This document shows, piece after piece, positions 1 through 8,959 of a stretch of DNA of 64,000 bases (position 1 is its first letter; each line of letters opens with the position of its first letter). Below the pieces are notes generated by a model. That model searched no databases. It had not been told where the DNA came from and worked only from the letters and a program-made list of their open reading frames with translations. The translations under genes and the position numbers were made by a program. Source of the DNA: an uncultured candidatus Porisulfidus sp. (GTDB taxonomy: Bacteria; Pseudomonadota; Gammaproteobacteria; Poriferisulfidales; Poriferisulfidaceae); the NCBI GenBank assembly GCA_965242985.1, contig OZ251520.1, positions 1,794,235 to 1,858,234 on the forward strand, read 5' to 3'.

Positions 1-234
1 GCCCGGCACCTCGCCGACGATGCTGTGCACGTCGGCGTGCTCGAACTGCTCGAGCTGCTCGGGGCCGAGGAAGTGGGCGGAGCCCGCGGTCTCCAGCGCG
101 TTCTTCTGGCTGCCGACGATGATCACGTCGGCGATCTCGGCCGGCGGCTCTTCCCGGGCCGGCGCCGGCGCGGCGGCCAGCAGGCCGGCGGCGCACAGGC
201 CCGCGCCCGCGAGTTTCTTCCCTGACTGTCTCAT
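1..234 (-). CDS. TonB-dependent outer-membrane receptor, N-terminal part (runs off the window start)
   Basis: Not in the ORF track. My translation from ATG at 234: MRQSGKKLAGAGLCAAGLLAAAPAPAREEPPAEIADVIIVGSQKNALETAGSAHFLGPEQLEQFEHADVHSIVGEVPG, i.e. signal peptide, TonB-box-like DVIIVG and plug-domain start. GGAGG RBS upstream. Confidence 0.75.
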   Translation of the reverse strand, partial: MRQSGKKLAGAGLCAAGLLAAAPAPAREEPPAEIADVIIVGSQKNALETAGSAHFLGPEQLEQFEHADVHSIVGEVPG

Positions 235-263
235 GATTCGCCTCCGTGGCGGTTGCGGCGCGC

Positions 264-310
264 ACTATACACGAATAATAATCTAAACGCAACCCATTCT
301 CATTTGTATT
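264..310 (-). promoter_or_regulatory. sigma70 promoter (TTGCGT-17 bp-TATAGT) with overlapping Fur-box-like sequence
   Basis: -35 at 287-292 and -10 at 264-269 on the minus strand, 17-bp spacer; AAATGAGAATGGGTTGCGT overlaps the -35, upstream of a TonB receptor. Confidence 0.6.
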
Positions 311-365
311 CATTGCCGCCCGGTTCCCGGCATAATGGCGGCGGCGGAACCCCCTCCCCCGGACG

Positions 366-1409
366 ATGACGAGCGGCGCGCCCCTGGTGCTGGGCATCGA
401 GACCTCCTGCGACGAGACCGGCGTCGCGGTGTGGGACGGCGCGCGCGGCCTGCGCGCGCACCGGCTGTACAGCCAAGTCAAGACCCACGCCCGCTACGGC
501 GGCGTGGTGCCGGAGCTCGCCTCGCGCGACCACGTCCGCCGCCTGCCGCAGCTGGCCCGCGAGACGCTGGAAGCGGCCGGCTGCGGGCCCGGGGACCTGG
601 ACGCGGTCGCCTACACCGCCGGCCCGGGCCTGATCGGGGCGCTGTTCGCCGGCGCCGCGTACGCCGCCGGCCTAGCCTACGCGCTCGGCCGGCCCGCGCT
701 CGCCGTCCACCACATGGAGGCCCACCTGCTGGCGCCGATGATGGACCCGGACGAGCCCGGCCCGCCGTTCGTCGCCCTGCTGGTGTCCGGCGGCCACACC
801 CTGCTGATGCGGGTCGACCGGGTCGGCGCCTACGCCCGCCTGGGCCAGACCATCGACGACGCGGTCGGCGAGGCGTTCGACAAGACCGCACGCATCCTCG
901 GCCTGCCCTACCCGGGCGGCCCGGCGCTGGCGGCGCTGGCCGCGGACGGCGACCCGGAGCGCTTCGAATTCCCGCGCCCGATGCTCGACCGGCCGGGCTG
1001 CGACTTCAGCTTCAGCGGCCTGAAGACCCACGCCCGCCGGCTCGCCGAGCGGCATCCGGACGACCGGCAAGCGGCCGCGGACCTCGCCGCCGGCTTCCAG
1101 GAGGCGGCGGTCGACGTGCTGGTCGGGAAGTCCCTGCGCGCGCTGGACGAGAGCGGGCTGGAGCGGCTGGTGGTGGCCGGCGGGGTCGGCGCCAACCGGC
1201 GCCTGCGCGAGCGGCTGGCCGCGGCCCTGGCGGAGCGCGGGATGCGCGTCGCCTGGCCGCCGCCGGAGTTCTGCACCGACAACGGCGCGATGATCGCCTA
1301 CGCCGGGTGCCTGCGCCTCCGGGACCCGGCCGCGCGCAGCGGCCTGCAGATCCGCGCCCGGGCGCGCTGGCCGCTGGACGAGCTCGCGCCGGTCAGCGCC
1401 GCCACTTGA
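366..1409 (+). CDS. tsaD: tRNA N6-threonylcarbamoyladenosine synthase TsaD
   Basis: [51 protein letters not shown] motifs. Confidence 0.97.
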   Translation: MTSGAPLVLGIETSCDETGVAVWDGARGLRAHRLYSQVKTHARYGGVVPELASRDHVRRLPQLARETLEAAGCGPGDLDAVAYTAGPGLIGALFAGAAYAAGLAYALGRPALAVHHMEAHLLAPMMDPDEPGPPFVALLVSGGHTLLMRVDRVGAYARLGQTIDDAVGEAFDKTARILGLPYPGGPALAALAADGDPERFEFPRPMLDRPGCDFSFSGLKTHARRLAERHPDDRQAAADLAAGFQEAAVDVLVGKSLRALDESGLERLVVAGGVGANRRLRERLAAALAERGMRVAWPPPEFCTDNGAMIAYAGCLRLRDPAARSGLQIRARARWPLDELAPVSAAT

Positions 1410-1947
1410 TCGAGCAGCCCTGGCTCGCGGTCTGTTCGGCCGGGCCGCGCCCGGTGCGGGCCACCTCGAGCATCGCCTCGTACAGGTCGCGGCGGGCGTC
1501 CGGCGGCGCCGGACTCATCCCGCTCGCGTCCAGGCGGCCGCGGTACTGCAGCTCGAGGTCGGCGTTGTAGCCGAAGAAGTCCGGCGTGCACACCGCGCCG
1601 TAGGCGCGCGCCACCTCCTGCGTCTCGTCGAACAGGTACGGGAACGGGAAGCCGCATGCCTCCGCCACCGCGGCCATGTTGTCGAACGAGTCCTCGGCGT
1701 ACTCGGCCGGGTCGTTGGACATGATCGCCACCGAGCGCACGCCGTGCCCGGCGAGTTCGCCGGCGTCGCGCGCCAGCCGCCCGCGCACCGCCTGCACGTA
1801 GGGGCAGTGGTTGCAGATGAACATCACCAGCGTGCCGCGCTCGCCGCGGCAGTCCTCCAGCGACCAGTCGCGCCCGTCCACGCCGGGCAGCCGGAAGCCG
1901 GGCGCCGCCGCGCCGAAGTCGCAGACCGGAGTGCGTTTCAGGCTCAT
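1393..1947 (-). CDS. Thioredoxin-fold (AhpC/TSA-like) protein
   Basis: C-terminal half of ORF 1393..2466; ATG at 1947 overlaps the upstream stop (ATGA); [25 protein letters not shown] motifs. Confidence 0.9.
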   Translation of the reverse strand: MSLKRTPVCDFGAAAPGFRLPGVDGRDWSLEDCRGERGTLVMFICNHCPYVQAVRGRLARDAGELAGHGVRSVAIMSNDPAEYAEDSFDNMAAVAEACGFPFPYLFDETQEVARAYGAVCTPDFFGYNADLELQYRGRLDASGMSPAPPDARRDLYEAMLEVARTGRGPAEQTASQGCSIKWRR

Positions 1948-2711
1948 CGCAACGCCTCCCGCGCCGCGCGCGCCGTTTGGTCCAGGAACAGGGCGTCCAT
2001 GCCGACGCAGACCAGGCGGAAGCCCTGCGCCACGTAGCGCCGCGCGGCGGCCGCCTCGATGCCGAAGATGCCGGGGGCGCGGCCGTGCTCCCGGCAGGCG
2101 TCCAGCACCGCCGCGATCCCGGCCCGCACCCGCGGGTCGTCCACCTGCCCCGGCGCGCCGTAGCTCATGGACAGGTCGTAGGGGCCGACGAACAGCGCGT
2201 CCACGCCCGGCACCGCGGCCAGTTCGGCGAGGTTCTCGACCGCGTCGCGGTGCTCGACCTGGATCACCGTCAGCAGGCGGTCGTTGGCGCGCTCCAGGTA
2301 TTCCGCGAAGCGCGCGCCGTAGCGCTGCGCGCGGGCGACGCCGACGCCGCGCTCGCCGGCCGGCGGGTACTTGCCGTAGCGCACCACCAGTTCGGCCTGC
2401 GCCCGGGTGTTGACCTGCGGCGCGATGATCCCGGCCGCGCCCACGTCCAGCATCTTCTCGATCCACGCCTCCTCGTGCACCGGGATGCGCACCAGGCAGG
2501 GCATGGCGTCGCCGGCCGCCTGCAGCAGCGCCTCCACCGCCAGCGGGCCGTGCGCGCCGTGCTCGGTGTCGATGAACAGCCAGTCGAAGCCGGCCGCGCT
2601 CAGGATCTCCGCCGCCTGCGGGCTGTTGAGGGTGACCAGGGTGCCGACCAGCGTCTCCCCGGCCGCCAGCCGGGCGCGGAAGTCCAGGTCGCAGACGGTG
2701 CCGCGGGTCAC
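1944..2711 (-). CDS. HpcH/HpaI class II aldolase family protein
   Basis: [45 protein letters not shown] start at 2711 overlaps the rpiA stop. Confidence 0.9.
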   Translation of the reverse strand: MTRGTVCDLDFRARLAAGETLVGTLVTLNSPQAAEILSAAGFDWLFIDTEHGAHGPLAVEALLQAAGDAMPCLVRIPVHEEAWIEKMLDVGAAGIIAPQVNTRAQAELVVRYGKYPPAGERGVGVARAQRYGARFAEYLERANDRLLTVIQVEHRDAVENLAELAAVPGVDALFVGPYDLSMSYGAPGQVDDPRVRAGIAAVLDACREHGRAPGIFGIEAAAARRYVAQGFRLVCVGMDALFLDQTARAAREALR

Positions 2712-3361
2712 GCCAGCTCCTCCACGCCGCCGGCGCCGCCGACCAGCAGCCGGTCCGCGCCGCGGCGCGCGAACAGGCCGACCGTCACCACCCCGGGGAT
2801 GCCGTTCAGGTCGTCCTCCAGCGCGGGCGGCGACGGGATGTCCAGGTTGTGCACGTCGAGGATGACGCCGCCGTGGTCGGAGACGAAGCCCTCGCGCCAT
2901 TCCGGCATGCCGCCGCGCTCGACCAGCGCGCGCGCCGCCATCGAGCGCGCCATCGGCAGCACCTCCACCGGCAGCGGGAACGCGCCGAGCGTCTCCACCA
3001 GCTTGGAGTCGTCGAGGATGCACAGGAAGGTCTCGCTGCATTCGGCGATGATCTTCTCGCCGGTCAGCGCGCCGCCGCCGCCCTTGATCAGGTGCCGGTG
3101 GCGGGTCGCCTCGTCGGCGCCGTCCACGTACAGGCGCAAGGGCCCCGCGGCGTTCAGGTCCAGCACCGGCACGCCGACGCCGCGCAGCCGCGCGGCGCTG
3201 GCCTCGCTGGAGGCCACGGCGCCGTCGAGCTTGCCCTTGACGGCGGCCAGCGCGTCGATGAAGAAGTCGACCGTGGAGCCGGTGCCGACGCCCAGCACCT
3301 CGCCCGGCTCGATGAACTCCAGCGCGGCCTCGGCCGCCGCCTGCTTCTTGCGGTCGCTCAC
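2708..3361 (-). CDS. rpiA: Ribose-5-phosphate isomerase A
   Basis: [30 protein letters not shown] motifs. Confidence 0.97.
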   Translation of the reverse strand: MSDRKKQAAAEAALEFIEPGEVLGVGTGSTVDFFIDALAAVKGKLDGAVASSEASAARLRGVGVPVLDLNAAGPLRLYVDGADEATRHRHLIKGGGGALTGEKIIAECSETFLCILDDSKLVETLGAFPLPVEVLPMARSMAARALVERGGMPEWREGFVSDHGGVILDVHNLDIPSPPALEDDLNGIPGVVTVGLFARRGADRLLVGGAGGVEELA

Positions 3362-3415
3362 TGGCGAGGGGGTGGAAATCCGCGGCGCGGCCAGTGTAGC
3401 ACCGCCGGGGGCAAC

Positions 3416-3787
3416 TTAGAGCAATCTTGCGACTGCGGTCGCCAAGCCGACGGCGGCGACTATCATCACCCCCAGCCGGATGGTCATACGCTGTTCCAAG
3501 ATGGTCATGCGGGCAGTCATACGGTCTTCCAAATCTTTCAAATCCGCTTTGGTCGCGCAGTTTTCCAACCCTTCCTTGAGGGCCGTCTTGGTCGCAAAAT
3601 TTTCCAACTCCGCCTTGAGATCCGCTTTGGTCGGAAAACTTTTCAGATCCGCCTTGGTCGCAAGGTCGGCCAAATGACCCATGCCCGCCTGAATCGCGGA
3701 TACGATGGATTCCGCCAAGGACTCGTTCGCGCCGGCATCTTTGATCGATTTAACGACGGCGTGAGTGTCAAAGGTCAAGGCGGTCAT
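3416..3787 (-). CDS. DUF1640/CCDC90-like coiled-coil protein with C-terminal TM helix
   Basis: MTALTFDTHAVVKSIKDAG start, repeated (A/P)TKxxL motif, hydrophobic tail LGVMIVAAVGLATAV. Confidence 0.75.
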   Translation of the reverse strand: MTALTFDTHAVVKSIKDAGANESLAESIVSAIQAGMGHLADLATKADLKSFPTKADLKAELENFATKTALKEGLENCATKADLKDLEDRMTARMTILEQRMTIRLGVMIVAAVGLATAVARLL

Positions 3788-3854
3788 AGCGGAAGCTCCT
3801 GTGGTTTGGAATGCTGCACCCAAACCCACATGAGCGGCAGTGCTGGACGGCATT

Positions 3855-4619
3855 CTAACAGAACTCCTCCGCAAGGCCCTCGCACATCCACTCGTCCCTC
3901 CCATAAGGACGGGGCGAAAGCCTGACGATCCCGGACAGATCCACGGCTTCAGCATCCAGCTCCCACCACAAGCCCCGCGGGCCGCCGTCCGCCCTCATCA
4001 GCACGCCGCTGACATCCGCCGACAGGCCGGCGTAACTATGAAGATCTTGCGACAATTCGTGAGCCTTGCCGGGCAGTTTGAGATCCGCGGTCTCATATTC
4101 GATTCGAACGACCCCGCGCATCGGCTCGCTCAAGCGGAATCCGGCCGCGACCAAATCCCGCGCATGCACGTATACCTCGTCGTCCCCCGGATCGCTGTCG
4201 AGCGACCCCGCGGGAATGTCATCGAAGAAGATCCCCGCGACTCCGTTGGACTTGTCGCCGATCTCGTTCCGTTTTCCCTTGCACCGGACGAACCGCCACT
4301 GCGGCAGGCTGCCGCCCGCCTGCATCTGGCGATACACCGTCACGGACAGCCGGTCACCTTTCCCGCACAGGCGCGCGGCGGGCCCCAGCGCGACGACCGC
4401 ATCGGCGCCGCCGCCGTCGACGGCGTGGGCGGCGAACCGGCCGCCGGTGTTCAGGTTGTCCACGCGGATTTTCTCGTAGGGAAGAATGCGCGCCGCCCGC
4501 ATGATGCGGGCCGGAAGCAGCACGCAGCCGCCGGCGGGCCACGCTTCCCGGCAGCTCGGCGCGGTTTTCGACACGCGAAGATTGTGGACTTGCGAATGCA
4601 GGTAATCCATGAACTGCAT
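3855..4619 (-). CDS. PanD (aspartate decarboxylase)-like domain fused to an unknown C-terminal domain
   Basis: ATG at 4619 with GGAGG RBS; ARILPYEKIRVDNLNTGGRF...GPAARLCGKGDRLSV aligns by eye with PanD; catalytic residues diverged. Confidence 0.7.
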   Translation of the reverse strand: MQFMDYLHSQVHNLRVSKTAPSCREAWPAGGCVLLPARIMRAARILPYEKIRVDNLNTGGRFAAHAVDGGGADAVVALGPAARLCGKGDRLSVTVYRQMQAGGSLPQWRFVRCKGKRNEIGDKSNGVAGIFFDDIPAGSLDSDPGDDEVYVHARDLVAAGFRLSEPMRGVVRIEYETADLKLPGKAHELSQDLHSYAGLSADVSGVLMRADGGPRGLWWELDAEAVDLSGIVRLSPRPYGRDEWMCEGLAEEFC

Positions 4620-4810
4620 GACGGACCTCCGATCAGTCGGGCGCTCGGTCAAAGAACCGCGCGGACGCGGGCCTGCGCGGAATTATAGAGCTGCGGCGCG
4701 GCGGCGCGCGGCAGCCCGCGCCGGCGGGCCGGGAAAGCACCGCATATAATCGGCGCGGCCGCCGACGCGCCCGCCTTCTCGACCGGAACCCCGCTCCGAC
4801 AGCAGCACCC

Positions 4811-5047
4811 ATGCCTTATTTCGTGTTCCGCGCCGAAGGCGACCCCGCGAACGCGGGCGCGCTGACCCTGCTCGATGCTTTCGAGGCCTACCGGGACGCG
4901 CGCTCGCTGGCGCGCGCCAGCCGCAAGGAAAACCCGGAAGAGGACCCGAAAGCGGTGCGGGTGGTGTTCGCGGAAACGGCCGAGCTGGCCGAGGCGCTGC
5001 TGCGCCAGCCGCGCGAGGCGCCGATTCTGAAAGAGTGGGAGAAGTAG
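4811..5047 (+). CDS. Small hypothetical protein (78 aa)
   Basis: ATG ORF with normal globular composition and host-like codon usage; no recognisable motif. Confidence 0.7.
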   Translation: MPYFVFRAEGDPANAGALTLLDAFEAYRDARSLARASRKENPEEDPKAVRVVFAETAELAEALLRQPREAPILKEWEK

Positions 5048-5080
5048 CGCAGCGCCGCCGGCGGACACGGCAGCGGGCAG

Positions 5081-5530
5081 ATGGACGAACTCGCCTACCG
5101 CGACACCTACCACGCGATCAACGAGCGGCGCTGCTGGTTCGAGAAGGCCCTCAACGCCCGCGCCTGCGACTGCCGCCTGAAGCGCCGCTTCCATCTGGCC
5201 GACCGCGAGGGGGTCGCCTGCACCGACGCGGACGCGCACCGGACCTGCGAAGCCTGGCTCGAGCGCCTGCGCCGCGAGGCGCGCCTGGCGCTGGCGCAGG
5301 GCGCGACTCCGGAAATCCTGCCGCACCGCCTGGAGGCCAAGGTGCAGGCCGGCGGCATGCGCGGTCTGGCGGAGCTGCTGGAGGAGCCGGACGAAAAACC
5401 CGAGGTGTCCGCCCTGCTGGCGCGCGCCGCGGACCGCTACGGCGGACTGGCGCGCGTTCCCCTCGCCGGCGTGGCCGCGGCGGTCGCGGCCTACGAGCCC
5501 CGGCGCCGTCCCGCCCGCAAGCGCCCTTAG
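5081..5530 (+). CDS. Hypothetical protein with N-terminal Cys cluster
   Basis: 149 aa; five Cys in RRCWFEKALNARACDCR...GVACTDADAHRTC. Confidence 0.7.
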   Translation: MDELAYRDTYHAINERRCWFEKALNARACDCRLKRRFHLADREGVACTDADAHRTCEAWLERLRREARLALAQGATPEILPHRLEAKVQAGGMRGLAELLEEPDEKPEVSALLARAADRYGGLARVPLAGVAAAVAAYEPRRRPARKRP

Positions 5531-7626
5531 GTCGTCAGGCGGCGGTAGATGTCCGTCACCTGCTGCGGCAGGCGGCGGACGTCGCTGACCACCGTGTAGC
5601 CGGCCGGACCGTACATGCGCGGCAGGTACTCCCGGGCGGCGTCGTCGATGGTGATGCAGAACGGGTGGATGCCGCCGCGGCGCGCCTCGATCAGCGCCTG
5701 GCGCGTGTCCTCGATGCCGTACTCGCCGCGGTAGTCGGTGTAGTCCTCGGGGCGGCCGTCCGACAGCGCGATCAGCAGCTTGCGGCGCGCCTCGACCCGC
5801 CCGAGCAGGCCCGACAGGTGGCGGATCGCCACCCCCATGCGCGTGTAGTCCTGCGGCAGGATGCCGCTGATGCGGGCCGCGACCGCGGCGTCGTAGTCCT
5901 CGTCGAAGCGCTTGACGCCGAACAGCTCGCAGCGCTTGCGGGTGATGCCGGAGAAGCCGTAGATCGCGTAGCGGTCCTGCAGCCGCTGCAGCGCCTCGCA
6001 CAGCAGGATCAGCGCCTCGCGCTCCAGGTCGTTGATCCAGCCCTTGGTCGAGCCGCTCATGTCGACCATGAACAGCACCGCGATGCTGCGCTCGTCGCGC
6101 GCCTGGCGCACGAACACCCGCCGGCTCAGCTCGCGCCCGGCGCGGGCCTCGCTCAGGGCCCGCACCAGCGCGTCCAGGTCGACCTCGTCGCCGTGCGGCT
6201 CGCCGCGATGCAGGCTGCGCCCGCCGCGGATCATCTCGAAGGTCCGGCACAGCGACTGCGCCAGGCCGTAGTGCTTGCGCAGGGTCCGTTCCGGGAAGTC
6301 GTCGAACTTCGGATGCACCTCGCGCTCGCGCAGCACGCACCAGCGCTTGCGGTAGCTGCCGCGGGCGTGGTCCCACTCCGGGTAGTGGCGCGCGCCCTCC
6401 TCGTGGTAGGTGCCCTTCCACACGTCGTCCGCGGCGCGGCCCGAGGCCTTGGCGTCGTACTCGCCCGGGCCGGCCGGCACCAGATGGTCGGGCGGGATCT
6501 CGCCGAAGTCCTGGTGGACCGAAACCAGCAGCCGGGCCACCTCGGCCGGCGGCTCGACCGGGCGCTCGTCGAGCAGCAGCGCCACCGGCGCCTCGCCGGG
6601 CGCCGGCTCCGGGTCCGGCGCGGCGCGGAACGTTCCGGGCTTGCGCTCCGCGCCGGTCTCGGCCTCCTCCCGCAGCCGTCCGAGCGCCTGCCGGAGTTCC
6701 TCTTTCTCCCGCGCCTGCCGCGCCGCCGAGGCGGCCGCCACCGCCGCCGGGTCCAACGTCCCCTGGTAGCAGCACGGCGCGAGCGGCGGCTCGCCGCGCA
6801 GGCGCCGCGCCCAGTCCAGGCTGTCGCGGGCGGTCGCCGCAGGATCGGCCAGCCGGTCCGCCGCCGCCCGCCACCGGCCGGCGGGTTCCGGATCGCCGAA
6901 GCGCTCCCGCAGCGCGGCCTGCAGCCGCGCGATGCCGGGCAGGTCGCGCGCCAGGCAAGCATCCAGGCGCAGCGTCTCCAGCCGGTGCAGCCGCGCCCGG
7001 TCCGCCGCGTCCGGCAGCGCCTCCCAGTCGGCGGCGCGCAGGTCGCGCCAGGTGCCGTGCCAGCACTGCGCCCACAGGTGCGCGACGGCGGCCTTGCACA
7101 GCTGGAAATTCAGATCCGCGTCGGCGCCGCGGCTCTCCGCCGCCGGCAGGAACAGGGTGCCGGTGTCGGTGTGCGCGGCCTCGCCCGCCTCGATCTTGAG
7201 CGGCCGGCCGTTCAGGCCGTGCACGAAGCCCTCCAGCACGCCGCGCACCCGGTCGAGCGGCAGCGCGCGCTCGGCCGCCCGACGCTCGGCCGCGAACTCG
7301 TCCAGCGCCCGCAGTCTGGCGACGCCGGCGCGCAGGCCCTCGCGGTCGAAGCCATCCATCGCCGCCAGGATCCACGCCTCCACCCCGTCCCGGTCGAGCG
7401 CCTCGAGCGCGTCCGGGGCGAGGTTCGCCACCTGGTAGCCCATCTCGGAGTTGGAGCGCGCCACCGCGCCCACCCAGCGCAGCACGAAGTCCTGCTCCTC
7501 GCGGCTGCGCGCCGCCAAGCGCTCGGCCGGGCCGCGGGCGGTGCGCCGGGACGACAGCACCGCGTCGACGTGCTCCTCGAGCCGTTCCTCCAGTTCGGAG
7601 ACTTCGCAGGGCGCAGACATGGGCAA
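5527..7626 (-). CDS. NorD/CbbO-type VWA-domain protein
   Basis: C-terminal VWA with MIDAS DMSGST, YTRMGVAIRH, LSDGRPED, GIEDTRQAL; start at 7626 or 7620. Confidence 0.9.
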   Translation of the reverse strand: MPMSAPCEVSELEERLEEHVDAVLSSRRTARGPAERLAARSREEQDFVLRWVGAVARSNSEMGYQVANLAPDALEALDRDGVEAWILAAMDGFDREGLRAGVARLRALDEFAAERRAAERALPLDRVRGVLEGFVHGLNGRPLKIEAGEAAHTDTGTLFLPAAESRGADADLNFQLCKAAVAHLWAQCWHGTWRDLRAADWEALPDAADRARLHRLETLRLDACLARDLPGIARLQAALRERFGDPEPAGRWRAAADRLADPAATARDSLDWARRLRGEPPLAPCCYQGTLDPAAVAAASAARQAREKEELRQALGRLREEAETGAERKPGTFRAAPDPEPAPGEAPVALLLDERPVEPPAEVARLLVSVHQDFGEIPPDHLVPAGPGEYDAKASGRAADDVWKGTYHEEGARHYPEWDHARGSYRKRWCVLREREVHPKFDDFPERTLRKHYGLAQSLCRTFEMIRGGRSLHRGEPHGDEVDLDALVRALSEARAGRELSRRVFVRQARDERSIAVLFMVDMSGSTKGWINDLEREALILLCEALQRLQDRYAIYGFSGITRKRCELFGVKRFDEDYDAAVAARISGILPQDYTRMGVAIRHLSGLLGRVEARRKLLIALSDGRPEDYTDYRGEYGIEDTRQALIEARRGGIHPFCITIDDAAREYLPRMYGPAGYTVVSDVRRLPQQVTDIYRRLTT

Positions 7627-7979
7627 ACAGCGGTGGCAGCTGCGCCATCAGTATAAAAGCCGGGGATCCGGGGAGGTCCGGCAATGCGCCACGCGGATGG
7701 CGCGGCAAAAGCGGGAAAACGCGCCGCGCCGGATATGAGCTACCATAGCTCGTCCGAGATTGGCAAAGACCCAGCCCATGATCACCGGACAGCCCCGCGG
7801 CTTGAAGCAGACCGACTTCTGCGGCGCCCGCGCGAGGCTTCTCCCGACTTGGCTGGCGAGCCGATGTCGCCCTTGCCCAGAGACCGCTCCGGCCCCAGGC
7901 CGGGCGATCACCCAGCTTCCCGAGCACGCGGCGCATTAACCCGGCGGAAGCCGAAAACCAGAACAAGAGGAATCCGGTC

Positions 7980-8915
7980 ATGGCGATGACGAACTTCGAG
8001 CAGCTTATGGCGCCGATACTGAACGCGTTTGGCAGAAACGAAACGCTTTCCACTTCCGAAATCCGCGCGCGCATCGCCAAAACAGAAAAACTCTCGGACG
8101 AGCAGCTGCGGGAGAGGTACGCCACCAGAGTGCCGGTCTTCCTGAACCAAGCCGGCTGGGCGATCCATTGCCTGCACAGGGCCGGGCTGCTCGCGCAAGT
8201 GCGGCGCGGCGTTTACCAACTTTCCGACAACGGCAAGAAACTGCGGGCCGAGAAACAAGAGGCGATCAACACCGCTTTCCTGAAGACGCGCTATCCGGAA
8301 TACAAAAAGTGGCGCCAGAGCACCGAACCTGAGACCCGCGCCCGCACCGGGCCGGAAACGACCGATGCCGAGGAGGCTGCTGATTCGCTGACGCCCATGG
8401 ACCGGCTGGAAGAGGCGCACGCGGAAATCCGGCGCCTGCTGGAGAGCGAGCTGCACCGGCTGATGCAGGAAGAAATCACGCCGGCGATGTTTGAACGCAT
8501 CGCGGTGGACCTCTTGAAAGCCATGGGCTACGGGAAAGGCCGCGCGGATTCGGCCGAAGTAACCGGCGGCCCCAATGACGGCGGCATCGACGGGGTCATC
8601 AAGGAAGACGCGCTCGGCCTGAGCAAGATCTACATTCAGGCGAAAAAGTACGCGGCCCCGTACTCCGTGAGCAGCGGCAAGCTGCGGGAATTCGCCGAAG
8701 CGCTCCGCGTGAAGCGGGCGACGAAAGGCGTGTTCGTGACCACCTCAAAATTCGCTCCCAGCGCGAAAAAAGAATACGCCGAGCGGGACGACATCGTCCT
8801 GATCGACGGCGAGGAACTTGTGCGCCTCATGATCCAGTACGAAGTGGGAGTCGCACGCCGGGACTTCGCCATTAAGAAAATCGATGAGAATTATTTCGCC
8901 GAAGAGGGACTGTAA
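7980..8915 (+). CDS. mrr: Mrr-family type IV restriction endonuclease
   Basis: N-terminal winged helix (NQAGWAIHCLHRAGLL...RRGVYQLS), catalytic FERIAVDLLKAMGY, DGGIDG, YIQAKKY, KGVFVTTSKF. Confidence 0.9.
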   Translation: MAMTNFEQLMAPILNAFGRNETLSTSEIRARIAKTEKLSDEQLRERYATRVPVFLNQAGWAIHCLHRAGLLAQVRRGVYQLSDNGKKLRAEKQEAINTAFLKTRYPEYKKWRQSTEPETRARTGPETTDAEEAADSLTPMDRLEEAHAEIRRLLESELHRLMQEEITPAMFERIAVDLLKAMGYGKGRADSAEVTGGPNDGGIDGVIKEDALGLSKIYIQAKKYAAPYSVSSGKLREFAEALRVKRATKGVFVTTSKFAPSAKKEYAERDDIVLIDGEELVRLMIQYEVGVARRDFAIKKIDENYFAEEGL

Positions 8916-8959
8916 CAAGAAAAACGGGGAGCAATCGCTCCGCGGAGAAGAACAACAAC

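Noticed and set aside
4649-8125. Very long Arg/Gly/Ala/Pro-rich ORFs (e.g. 4649..8125, 44660..47689, 44998..48141, 56771..59029)
   Set aside because: Shadow frames of real genes, caused by stop-codon scarcity at very high GC; no motifs.
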